Assembly: GCA_016213695.1 (NCBI GenBank)
Contig: JACQZV010000038.1
Coordinates: 1 to 55,401, forward strand
Reading direction: 5' to 3'
DNA: 55,401 bases
Source: Acidobacteriota bacterium
GTDB taxonomy: Bacteria > Acidobacteriota > Vicinamibacteria > Vicinamibacterales > UBA2999
A program made the position numbers and the translations under genes. Positions 8,442-16,874 of this stretch are shown in pieces (position 1 is the first letter of the stretch; each line of letters begins with the position of its first letter). The notes beneath the pieces were generated by a model. That model saw only the letters and a list, made by a program, of their open reading frames with translations. It made no database searches and was not told where the DNA came from.

Positions 8442-11400
8442 TCAGGGAATCAGCGGACAGACGGTCGAGAAGCTGCTCGTCTTGAGCAGCACCCACGAAT
8501 CCAGGATGTGATCGCCCGCGTCGGCGATCGCGAGCTTCAGGTGATACGTCAGGCCCGGGACAATCGTGGCCTGCACGGTCAGGACCTTCGTCAGGCCGTC
8601 GGCCTGCGTCAGCGTCAGGCGCGTGCCGCCGTCGTCCGCGTCGTTGTTGACGTAGTACTCAGGATTGACCGCGCCTGTCCCGATCGGGTTGCCGCCATTG
8701 ACGGTGTTGATCGACACCGGCGTGCCCGTCCCGGGAATCAGCGCGAGATTCGCTCTGGGGAAGCCCGGGCCCTCCATGAAGAACCCGAACACGTCGTTGT
8801 AGCCCGTGTTGGCGAACTCGTTGTATTCCTCGGAGGCGAACACGTACTCGAACTTCACGACGGTCGCCGCGGGATCCGTCACCGTGAAGTTGAACTCGAG
8901 GACGGCCGGGTCGTACACGGTCGCCCCGACCAGCGGATCGAGATCCAGATCGCCGGTCCCCCCGTTATTCAACGAGGTGCTGTCGCTTGTATTCGATCCG
9001 TTCACGCTCTCGACGGCGCCCGAGCTCAGGATGATGCCGCTGCTCAGGCCGGTGGCAGGGAAGCCGCCCGTGAACGTGCCAAGCGCGGCTGCGGCCCCTG
9101 TGAACGTCACGTCGCTGATGTCCACGCTTTCACCCGCCAGCGTCTGCGCAATCGCGTCGATTGTGGACGGCAGCGTGTCGGCGGCGGCCGTGGCGGTCAG
9201 CGAGCCTTCCGTCGGCGATGGGTCGACATGGATGCACAGATCCTGCGTGGCCTCGTGTCCTGCGGCGTCGGTCACCCGCACCCGGAAGGTGCGTCCTTCA
9301 ACCGATACGCCATCGGGCAACCCATGGATCACACCGTCGGGTGAGAGCAACAGCCCCACGGGCAGCGCGAATTCGGAGTGGTCGGGAATCGGCACGATGT
9401 CCCAGCTGTACGGCTCGACGCCGCCCGAGGCAAACAGCGTCTGTGAATACTCGGCGCCATCGGTCCCGTTCGGGAGCGCGAGCGTCAGGATCGTCAGGGG
9501 GGCGGCATCCGCCACCGGATTGATCGTGAGGCTCACGTCCGCTTCCGCGCTCGTGAGCGGGGCGGCGCACGCGGGGGGCGCACCGGCGCAGCCATCCGGA
9601 TCGCCGCGATCGGTCACGACGAACGTGAAGCTGTCGGCGCCGTTGTAGTCCGGGTCGGGCGTATAGGTGTAGTTGGGCCACTCGCCGGCCAGCGCGCCGT
9701 GTGCCGGCTGGTGAACGATCGCGCCGCTCAGGGCGCCGGCGCTGGTTTCGAGGTCGCTGCCCGACAGCGTGATGTCCAGCGCCGTGTCCTCGTCGGTCGA
9801 TGCCGTGGCGGCGTTGGCGACCGGCGCGTCGTTGGCCGGATGCACCGCGATCGTGACCGTCGCCAGTCCTGAATCGGCGCTCAACGGCACGCTCGGGGGA
9901 CCGCTCCACACTCCGGCCAGGAGCCGGTACGTGAAGCTGTCGGTCCCGTTGAAATCGGCGCCCGGCGTGTAGGCGAAGCTCCCGTCCGCGTTGAACGCGA
10001 GCGTGCCATGCGTCGTGCCGGCCACCAGGACCGGCGTCAGCGCCGCGCTGTCGGCGTCGCTGTCGTTGGCCAGGACGTGCGAGGCGGCCGCCACCGTCCC
10101 CAGCAGGACGGTGTCCTCATTCGCGCTGCGCGCGTCGGCGAGCGCGATGGGCGCGTCGTTGCGGGCGACGATGGTGCCGAAGGTGGACGCGCCGCTCGTC
10201 GAGCCGTCGCCGAAATCCGCTCTCACGAAATAGGTGAACGCCTGGCCGTCGGGGAGCTCCTCGGTGTCGACAAAGGAACAGACCTGGCCGGGCGCCGCAC
10301 ATCCGGCTTCGGCCGGAGTGGGCGCTCCCACTTCCACCACCGGTGTCGCGCCCGTGATTGTCGCGCCCGTTCCACGCAGGACGTGGTAGAGCACCGCGGT
10401 GCCCAGGTTGGGCGCCGTCCATCTCGTCAGGGTCCGATGCAGCGGCGACGAGGCGTCTTCGCACGCCGGCGTCCCGACGCCGGGCCGCGGCCCGGGGAGG
10501 GTGCCGCCCAGCACGCACGCCGTGAAGGCATTCGGCGGAAGGCCGGCCGCGCCCGCCACCGCCACCGCGTCTTCGTAGGTCAGCTCGCCGTCGCCGCCGA
10601 AGTCCTGGCCGCCGAAGTCCTGGCCCCCGAAATCCTGACCGTCGAAGTCGAGGCCGCCGAAGTCCTGGCCGCCGAAGTCCTGCCCGCCGAAGTCCTGGCC
10701 GCCGAAGTCCTGCCCGCCGAAATCCTGGCCCCCGAAGTCCTGACCCCCGAAGTCCTGGCCTCCGAAATCCTGGCCCCCGAAATCCTGCCCGCCAGACGAG
10801 ACATCTCCCATGAGGTGTCCGCCGCTCATCTGATCGAGGCGCAGGGCGGCCCAGTCGTTGAAGCCGCGCAGCGTGTCGGCGGGCGTTCCGTTGAGGTTGA
10901 CGTCCTGGGCGTCCGACCTGTGGCCGAGTCCAAGCGCGTCCCAGTCGATCTCGGCTGACGTGCTGCTGGCCTCGATGCGGGCCATGGGCAGCGACGGCTT
11001 GATCAGGCCGGCCGTGTCGAACGACAGGCCGTTGCAGAACTTCTTTGCGGCGGGCGCTCCGAGGATCTCTCCGAGCGACCCCGGGACGAGTGGCGCGTAC
11101 CAGGCCGGCCGGTACTGCGGCGTGGGGGCGAGCGAGCGGTCGTTCAGCGCGCCTTCAGCGATGTCGGACAGCTTCCCGCGCGACAGATCCACGTGCAGGT
11201 TGCCGGCGTCGTCGAGCAGGCCGCGCAGCTGAAACGCGTAGTTGGCCACGCTCAGGTAGTTGGGCTTGCAGTTCGGCTCGATGAGCTTCACCACCCCTTT
11301 GGGGGTCGAGGTGATGACCGGCGGGGCGCCGCCGTGCCAGATCTCGCCGTTGTGCGCCACCAGCTCGTGCATGGTGGTTGCGGCCTGGATGTAGGGCGTG

Positions 11401-13130
11401 CCGGTGAAGTTGTCCCAGCGGCCGAGCGAGACGATGGCGCGAAACCCGGGCAGGTCGGCCACGCCGGACGAGCTCGTCGGCACATGGAAGTCTCCCGACT
11501 CAGGGTCGCTGGCCTTCGCCTTTCCGCGCGAGTGCGCGTACAGCAGGTAATGGAACAGGCCGTTCCGGTTCCTGTCGAACGTGTCGAGCATGTACCGGGT
11601 CAGCGAGAAGCCCCAGCCCACCGTGCCCGGATAATCGGGGAAGCGGCAGGTCGGCTCCGCTGCATCGCACGCGGTTTCTTCGGTGAGTTCGCCGCCCCTG
11701 GCCAGCGCCGACGGGACCAGGTAGCTGTCGTTGGTCCCGACGCTCGGCGCGTAGCCGGCGCCGAGGCCGTGGTACGCGGCGATGTCGCCCACGTCGACAT
11801 GCGCCCGGATGCCGGTGGTCCCGTCCGGATTCGTCAGGGGCGAGTCCCGCAGCGCGTCGCCGACCATCCTGATGACGTCGGGGGCCGGCATGTGGTTGTG
11901 GGGCGGGGCGGTCACCGACGGCACGGGCGGAGTCGCCGACGAATCGTAGGGGGCTGCCGGCGATCCGTACGTCGTGTCCTGTACGGTCCGCATCGCATTG
12001 ACTTCGACGAAGAAGTCCTTGTGGTCGGCTCGCGCCCCCATCGCGTAGAGGTCCGGGAGCGCTACGCCGTTCGGATCCTTCAGCGGTCCGCCGGGCTGCT
12101 CCAGCCGATCCGGAATACCGTCATGGTCGGCATCGAGCACGGCCGTGCTGAAGATCGTCGCCGCCAGGGAGAAACACCGGTACGGCGTGCTGTTGCCGTT
12201 GGTGGCTGCCGACACGACGGTCTCGCCGTATTCGGGCGACGTCGTCGCCCTGGACATCAGGGCGCTGACGTCGGCGGTCACGTGGCCCCACGACCGGTCC
12301 GGCGGGTTCGAGGCGGCCCGGAACGAGCTCGACGCCACAGGCGCGTCGTTGAACCGCAGCATTCTCGCGAGATTCCCTGCCCCGCTTCCGGCGATGTGCG
12401 TGAGCGTGGCGCTGCCGGGCGTCGAGGACTGGTAGAACCCGCGAATAGTCTGCGTGGCGACCGTCCCCTGTGTCGCGATGTAGAGACCGTCGTACAACAC
12501 GATCTTGCGCAAGGGCTGCGCCGGATCCCGGTAGACGACCACGAGCGTCGCGCCCGGGCTGTCCGGCAGGGCGTTGCCCTTTCCCGCCTGCGGCAGCGAC
12601 ACCGTGTGGAGCGGCAGCCGGTTGCGCGCCAGGTCGGCATCGTTGACCAGCAGTTTTCCTGTCGAATCGCCGTTGACGTCCATCTGCGGCGGCAGGAGGC
12701 GGAGGACGTCGGCGCGAAAGACCGTGACGCCGAGCGGCGGGCCGGGTCGGGAAGGGAAGCACTGCCCGGTGTTGCCAGGGAGCAGCTGTCGGGTGGACTT
12801 GACGCGCACGCTCATGATCGGCCGGCCCCGGAACCGTACCGAGTCGGCAATCTGGCGGCGTTCCACCGAGGAGACTTGAACCGTCTGCCAATAGAGGAAC
12901 GCGGCGAGGATGTCGGCGTTGGCCGGCACGCCGCTCATCGAGATCGTGCCGGTCGACACACCACTCGCCGACGGGCTCGCGCTGGGCAACGCGACGCTGC
13001 CCACCGCGTAGTCGCCGGTGACCAGGTACCCGGTGGAGTACGGCAGCGCATCGCCGTCCTGCGCCCGCCCGGCGGGCTGGACGCAGAACAGGATGACGCC
13101 GAGCGCGGCGAGTGTACCCGCGGCCTTCAA
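8442..13130 (-). CDS. Large secreted multidomain protein: DUF3344-like N-domain, Ca-binding DxDxDG motif, metzincin-like region, GGQDF repeats, Ig/cadherin-like domains, C-terminal choice-of-anchor-L-like domain
   Basis: TTG start with signal peptide; DADHDGIPD; HELVAHNGEIWHGG; NDAP...ED and YTP.ADFNG.DSFTY Big_9-type repeats; FEYVFASEEYNEF...NDVFGFF. Confidence 0.85.
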   Translation of the reverse strand: MKAAGTLAALGVILFCVQPAGRAQDGDALPYSTGYLVTGDYAVGSVALPSASPSASGVSTGTISMSGVPANADILAAFLYWQTVQVSSVERRQIADSVRFRGRPIMSVRVKSTRQLLPGNTGQCFPSRPGPPLGVTVFRADVLRLLPPQMDVNGDSTGKLLVNDADLARNRLPLHTVSLPQAGKGNALPDSPGATLVVVYRDPAQPLRKIVLYDGLYIATQGTVATQTIRGFYQSSTPGSATLTHIAGSGAGNLARMLRFNDAPVASSSFRAASNPPDRSWGHVTADVSALMSRATTSPEYGETVVSAATNGNSTPYRCFSLAATIFSTAVLDADHDGIPDRLEQPGGPLKDPNGVALPDLYAMGARADHKDFFVEVNAMRTVQDTTYGSPAAPYDSSATPPVPSVTAPPHNHMPAPDVIRMVGDALRDSPLTNPDGTTGIRAHVDVGDIAAYHGLGAGYAPSVGTNDSYLVPSALARGGELTEETACDAAEPTCRFPDYPGTVGWGFSLTRYMLDTFDRNRNGLFHYLLYAHSRGKAKASDPESGDFHVPTSSSGVADLPGFRAIVSLGRWDNFTGTPYIQAATTMHELVAHNGEIWHGGAPPVITSTPKGVVKLIEPNCKPNYLSVANYAFQLRGLLDDAGNLHVDLSRGKLSDIAEGALNDRSLAPTPQYRPAWYAPLVPGSLGEILGAPAAKKFCNGLSFDTAGLIKPSLPMARIEASSTSAEIDWDALGLGHRSDAQDVNLNGTPADTLRGFNDWAALRLDQMSGGHLMGDVSSGGQDFGGQDFGGQDFGGQDFGGQDFGGQDFGGQDFGGQDFGGQDFGGLDFDGQDFGGQDFGGQDFGGDGELTYEDAVAVAGAAGLPPNAFTACVLGGTLPGPRPGVGTPACEDASSPLHRTLTRWTAPNLGTAVLYHVLRGTGATITGATPVVEVGAPTPAEAGCAAPGQVCSFVDTEELPDGQAFTYFVRADFGDGSTSGASTFGTIVARNDAPIALADARSANEDTVLLGTVAAASHVLANDSDADSAALTPVLVAGTTHGTLAFNADGSFAYTPGADFNGTDSFTYRLLAGVWSGPPSVPLSADSGLATVTIAVHPANDAPVANAATASTDEDTALDITLSGSDLETSAGALSGAIVHQPAHGALAGEWPNYTYTPDPDYNGADSFTFVVTDRGDPDGCAGAPPACAAPLTSAEADVSLTINPVADAAPLTILTLALPNGTDGAEYSQTLFASGGVEPYSWDIVPIPDHSEFALPVGLLLSPDGVIHGLPDGVSVEGRTFRVRVTDAAGHEATQDLCIHVDPSPTEGSLTATAAADTLPSTIDAIAQTLAGESVDISDVTFTGAAAALGTFTGGFPATGLSSGIILSSGAVESVNGSNTSDSTSLNNGGTGDLDLDPLVGATVYDPAVLEFNFTVTDPAATVVKFEYVFASEEYNEFANTGYNDVFGFFMEGPGFPRANLALIPGTGTPVSINTVNGGNPIGTGAVNPEYYVNNDADDGGTRLTLTQADGLTKVLTVQATIVPGLTYHLKLAIADAGDHILDSWVLLKTSSFSTVCPLIP
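10599..10793 (-). repeat. 13 x 15-bp coding tandem repeat encoding GGQDF
   Basis: 195 nt, unit gaa(g/a)tcctgNccNcc on + strand; 11 perfect GGQDF plus GGLDF and DGQDF. Confidence 0.97.
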
Positions 13131-13259
13131 TACAGTGGTTCCACTGGGGTATAACGCTGGGCGCGTTCGTTCCGAACGTCAAGGTCTTTCTTCACTTCCG
13201 TCACGGAATGACGGAAGCGTAATCGGGCCAGCGGATGGATGTGTCAGGACCGCACACTG

Positions 13260-14315
13260 CTAGCGCAGTGGCTTCTTGCCGTCGTCGTGCTGGTGCGTAT
13301 GCGTGGGGGGGTGCGGGTGGGCGTGGTCGTGAAGCGCGTGGCCGTGATCGTGGTCGTGCATCAGCTCTCTCGGCACGTCGGGGAACATCTCGCGTGACGT
13401 AGGCGCCTGGCCGCCGGCCCACTCGACGCCCCCCTGCTTGCGCGCCGCGTCGAACAGGTCGTCCCACGAGAGCGTCGCCGGGTCGCGCGCCACTTCCAAC
13501 CGCTGGGCGAGGGCCGCCAGGATCAACTTCCGGATGCGCCGGCCGTCCCATCCCTCGCAGAGCGACGCGAGCGCCGCGAGCCTCGCCGTGTCCTGCGCCA
13601 GCGGCAGGAGCGCCGGCCACTGCACCGCAAGCTCGCCGATGGCGCTCGCCAGAATGCGCTCGATCGTCTCGCGGTCGGGAAGGGAGAAGCGCATCACGAG
13701 ATCGGCGCGCGAGAGGAACGCTTCGTCCACCGCCTCGATGAAGTTGGTGGTCGTGACGAAGAGGACCGAGGGCAGGTTCTTCGCGATTTCGTCGATGCCG
13801 AGCAGCACGGCGTCGGTGGCGCGGTGCACGTCCACCGGATTGGCCTCGAACGAGGCGGTGGACCGCCGCACCGCGAAGCTCTCGACGTCGTCGATGAGCA
13901 CGACGGTGAACGGGCGGCGCGCCGCAATCTCCGGCACCGTCTCGGTGAGCAGCCGCGTCACGTTGCGCTGGCTCTCGCCGAGCATGTCGCTCGGGAACGC
14001 GTGCGGGTTGATTTCGAGGAGCACGGTCGCGCCCTTGCGCGCGAGCGCCAGCGCCGCCACCTGCGCCAGCCCCCGCGCCATCGTCGTCTTGCCCGTGCCC
14101 GGCGGGCCGGCGAGCACGATGAGCCCGTGCGGCAGCCCGGAGAGCATCGACAGCTTGCGGCCGTGCTCGAGCACGAGCAGCGCCTGCGCGAGCAGCCGCT
14201 CCTTCACCTCGCGCGGGACGATAATCGCGTCCCAGTCGCGGTCGTGGTGGTCGGCCGGAAGGACGTGCATCGAGAGCACGCCGTGGGGAAGGGCCGAGCG
14301 GGGGATATCGCTCAT
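13260..14315 (-). CDS. AAA+ ATPase, Pch2/TRIP13-like, with His-rich C-terminal tail
   Basis: Start MSDIPR overlaps the cupin stop (ATGA); Walker A GPPGTGKT; LEINPH; Walker B VLIDDVES; TTTN sensor 1; DEAFLSRAD Arg finger; HDHDHGHALHDHAHPH tail. Confidence 0.88.
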   Translation of the reverse strand: MSDIPRSALPHGVLSMHVLPADHHDRDWDAIIVPREVKERLLAQALLVLEHGRKLSMLSGLPHGLIVLAGPPGTGKTTMARGLAQVAALALARKGATVLLEINPHAFPSDMLGESQRNVTRLLTETVPEIAARRPFTVVLIDDVESFAVRRSTASFEANPVDVHRATDAVLLGIDEIAKNLPSVLFVTTTNFIEAVDEAFLSRADLVMRFSLPDRETIERILASAIGELAVQWPALLPLAQDTARLAALASLCEGWDGRRIRKLILAALAQRLEVARDPATLSWDDLFDAARKQGGVEWAGGQAPTSREMFPDVPRELMHDHDHGHALHDHAHPHPPTHTHQHDDGKKPLR

Positions 14316-15370
14316 TCGCCCGGCCGCGTGTCGTCGGGCCACTGGATCTGCGAGAGTTCCTGCGTCGAGACGAGCGTGTCCTGCGCTTCCTCGAAGAGCA
14401 CCATCGGATCCATCAGCGTGCGCATCGTCTCGAGCAGCGAGTCGAACATGTGGACGCGTACCAGCCGGCACTGGTTCGAGGGATCGTCGTTGAAATGCTG
14501 ATGCCAGAGGAAGTGGTCGACGATGATGAGGTCGCCCTTCTTCCAGCGGTGGTGCTGGCCCTGGTCGGGCGCGATGCCCATGAAGCTGTGGCCGCGGCCC
14601 TCGACGACGTAGAGCCACGCCTCGCCGGGGTGGCGGTGGATCGACTGCGTCTTGCCCGGCGCGAACTGAATCATCACCTGCGTGAGGCCCGACGCCTGGT
14701 TGCCGATGGCGCGGTCGTTGAGGAACTTGGTCCGGGTGCCGCGCGGGGTGGCGAGGATTTCCTGCTCGTCGTACGGGGTGTGGATGCGCCCGGAGCGGCG
14801 CTTCGCGGTTTCCTGATCGATGCGCCGCAGGCGTCGCGCGTACGGATCGTCACCCGGAATGCCGCTCGAAACCGGGGGGCGCGGCGGCAGGCCGGCGAAC
14901 GGCTCGTGGCCGGCGTCTTCGAGCAGGCTCATGCCGAGCGTCCAGAGCGTCGGCTCCGACGAGTAGCTCATGAAGCGGCCGGGCCGGTCGCCGTCGTTGC
15001 CGTGCCGGTGCCAGCTCCACGCCGGGATGTGAAAGGCATCCCAGGCTTTCCAGTCGTAGCGGACGCCGTCCACCTCGGTCCAGCCGCTGCCCTCGGCCAT
15101 GAAGAGGACGGCGTCCCACGAGTGGCGGTGGATGGTGGTCGTCGTGCCGGGGTCGATTTCGTGCACGAGCGCGTCGAGGCAGCGCGTGGGGCGGTCGCCG
15201 TCCCAGCCCATGTAGACGCCAGTGCGCAGCCCGCGCGCGGTCGGCACGAGCGTGACGTCCTCTCTGCGGATGACGCTCTGGCGATACTTGCGCCACTCCT
15301 CGATGAACTCGGCGCGGCGCTTCTTCTGGATGTGATAGTGCGTGGTGACTGTCTGGGTTTTCGTGGACAT
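14312..15370 (-). CDS. Bicupin protein (gentisate 1,2-dioxygenase-like architecture)
   Basis: Two cupin motif sets: HRHSWDA...EGSG...WHRHGN and HRHPGEA...EGRG...WHQHFN. Confidence 0.88.
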   Translation of the reverse strand: MSTKTQTVTTHYHIQKKRRAEFIEEWRKYRQSVIRREDVTLVPTARGLRTGVYMGWDGDRPTRCLDALVHEIDPGTTTTIHRHSWDAVLFMAEGSGWTEVDGVRYDWKAWDAFHIPAWSWHRHGNDGDRPGRFMSYSSEPTLWTLGMSLLEDAGHEPFAGLPPRPPVSSGIPGDDPYARRLRRIDQETAKRRSGRIHTPYDEQEILATPRGTRTKFLNDRAIGNQASGLTQVMIQFAPGKTQSIHRHPGEAWLYVVEGRGHSFMGIAPDQGQHHRWKKGDLIIVDHFLWHQHFNDDPSNQCRLVRVHMFDSLLETMRTLMDPMVLFEEAQDTLVSTQELSQIQWPDDTRPGE

Positions 15371-15399
15371 TTTGGGAAGGGACGATTACAACATACACC

Positions 15400-16428
15400 A
15401 TGACCTCGCTGGCCAAAGCGCTCGCCTGGCTGCTGCTCGCCCCGGCGCTGCTGGCGCAGGCGCCCGCGCCGGGCGACGCGCTCTTCCGCTACCGCGGCGC
15501 CGACCGTGAGGCGCAGCTGGTCGCGCGCGCGAAGCGGGAGGGGAGCGTGGTCCTCTACACGTCGATCGCGCCCACCGAGTCGATGCCGCTCGGCGCGGCG
15601 TTCGAAAAGAAGTACGGCATCAGGGTGACGTTGTGGCGCGCGCTCTCCGGCCAGGTGGTGCAGCGCGCCATCGCCGAGGCGCGGGCCAGTCGGCACGCCG
15701 TCGACGTCATCGAGACCAACGCGCCGGAAATGGAAATGCTGGCGCGCGAAAAGCTGCTGGCGGCGATCGAGTCGCCGTACGTGGCCGATCTCCCGCCCGC
15801 GGCGGTCCCCGCGCACCGCTCCTGGTTCCCCGACCGGTTCAACTTCTACGTGGTCGGCTTCAATACGGCGAAGGTGCAGCGGTCGCAGATTCCGGCCACC
15901 TACGAGGGATTCACCGACCCGAAGTGGAAGGGACGCCTCGCGCTCGAGGCGACCGATGCCGAGTGGATGGCCACGCTCATCAAGACGTGGGGCGACGCGA
16001 AGGGGATGGACTACTTCCGGAAGCTCTCGGCCGCCAGGCCGGCGGTGCGCGAGGGGCACATCCTGCTGGCCAGCCTGGTCGTGGCGGGCGAAGTGCCGGT
16101 GGCGCTCACCGCCTACAACAGCAACATCCTGCCGCTCAAGCGGAAGGGCGCGCCAATCGACTTCGTGCCGGTGCAGCCCGTGGTCGCGCGTCCGCAGGGC
16201 ATTGGCGTCGCGCGCAACGCGCCGCATCCCGCCGCAGCGCTGCTGTTTACCGACTTCGTGCTGTCGCCGGAGGGGCAGAAGCTGCTCGAGTCGCTCGGCC
16301 GCGTCCCGGCGAGCACGAAAGTGAAGAGCGAGCTCAACAACTTCCCGTTTGTCGTGATCGACGCCGCGACGGCGCTCGACGAGAAGGACAAGTGGGAGGC
16401 ACTCTGGAAGGAGCTCTTCCTGCGGTAG
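15400..16428 (+). CDS. ABC transporter substrate-binding protein (Fe3+/thiamine/polyamine cluster)
   Basis: Signal peptide; AKREGSVVLYTS, FEKKYGI, DPKWKG, APHPAAALLFTDFVLSPEGQ. Confidence 0.88.
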   Translation: MTSLAKALAWLLLAPALLAQAPAPGDALFRYRGADREAQLVARAKREGSVVLYTSIAPTESMPLGAAFEKKYGIRVTLWRALSGQVVQRAIAEARASRHAVDVIETNAPEMEMLAREKLLAAIESPYVADLPPAAVPAHRSWFPDRFNFYVVGFNTAKVQRSQIPATYEGFTDPKWKGRLALEATDAEWMATLIKTWGDAKGMDYFRKLSAARPAVREGHILLASLVVAGEVPVALTAYNSNILPLKRKGAPIDFVPVQPVVARPQGIGVARNAPHPAAALLFTDFVLSPEGQKLLESLGRVPASTKVKSELNNFPFVVIDAATALDEKDKWEALWKELFLR

Positions 16429-16432
16429 CGCG

Positions 16433-16864
16433 TCAGCGTCCGCGTCCCTCCCCGGCATCGCGGCCGTCCCGCGGTGCGCCCGTGCCCGACGATCCGAGGA
16501 AGAGCCGCCGGCCGTCGGCAAACGTCAGGTCGCGACCGTTGCCTTTGCGCGAGCCGTCCTTGGCCTGGAACCCTTCGACCACAATCTCGATCCCGGTCGG
16601 CAGCGAGTCGCGCGTGAACCCGCGCCGGAAGAGCGCGTTGGGCGGCCCACCTTCGATCGCCCACTGTTCGATGGTGCCGTTGGGCCGCTTCACCTCGATG
16701 TGAATCCAGGTGTGGGGATTGATCCATTCCATCTTGGCAACGGTTCCCCGGAGTTTGATCGGCTTATTGGCGTCGAATTCCGCGGCAAACGCATGATGGG
16801 CCGCGGCCGGGATGGGGGCCGCCAGCAGGCCGGCGGCGGACAACGCGACGAGATGCAGGCGCAT
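16433..16864 (-). CDS. DUF6152-like periplasmic protein, copy 2
   Basis: GGGAG RBS; signal peptide ending AAA then HHAFAAEFD; WINPHT; WAIEGGPP. Confidence 0.85.
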   Translation of the reverse strand: MRLHLVALSAAGLLAAPIPAAAHHAFAAEFDANKPIKLRGTVAKMEWINPHTWIHIEVKRPNGTIEQWAIEGGPPNALFRRGFTRDSLPTGIEIVVEGFQAKDGSRKGNGRDLTFADGRRLFLGSSGTGAPRDGRDAGEGRGR

Positions 16865-16874
16865 GGGCACTCCC

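Noticed and set aside
10599-10793. 15-bp repeat array as a CRISPR
   Set aside because: No spacers, in-frame coding, synonymous variation, no cas genes
13260-15370. CBASS type III (Cap6/HORMA) locus
   Set aside because: Only the TRIP13-like ATPase is present; no CD-NTase, HORMA or effector recognisable nearby
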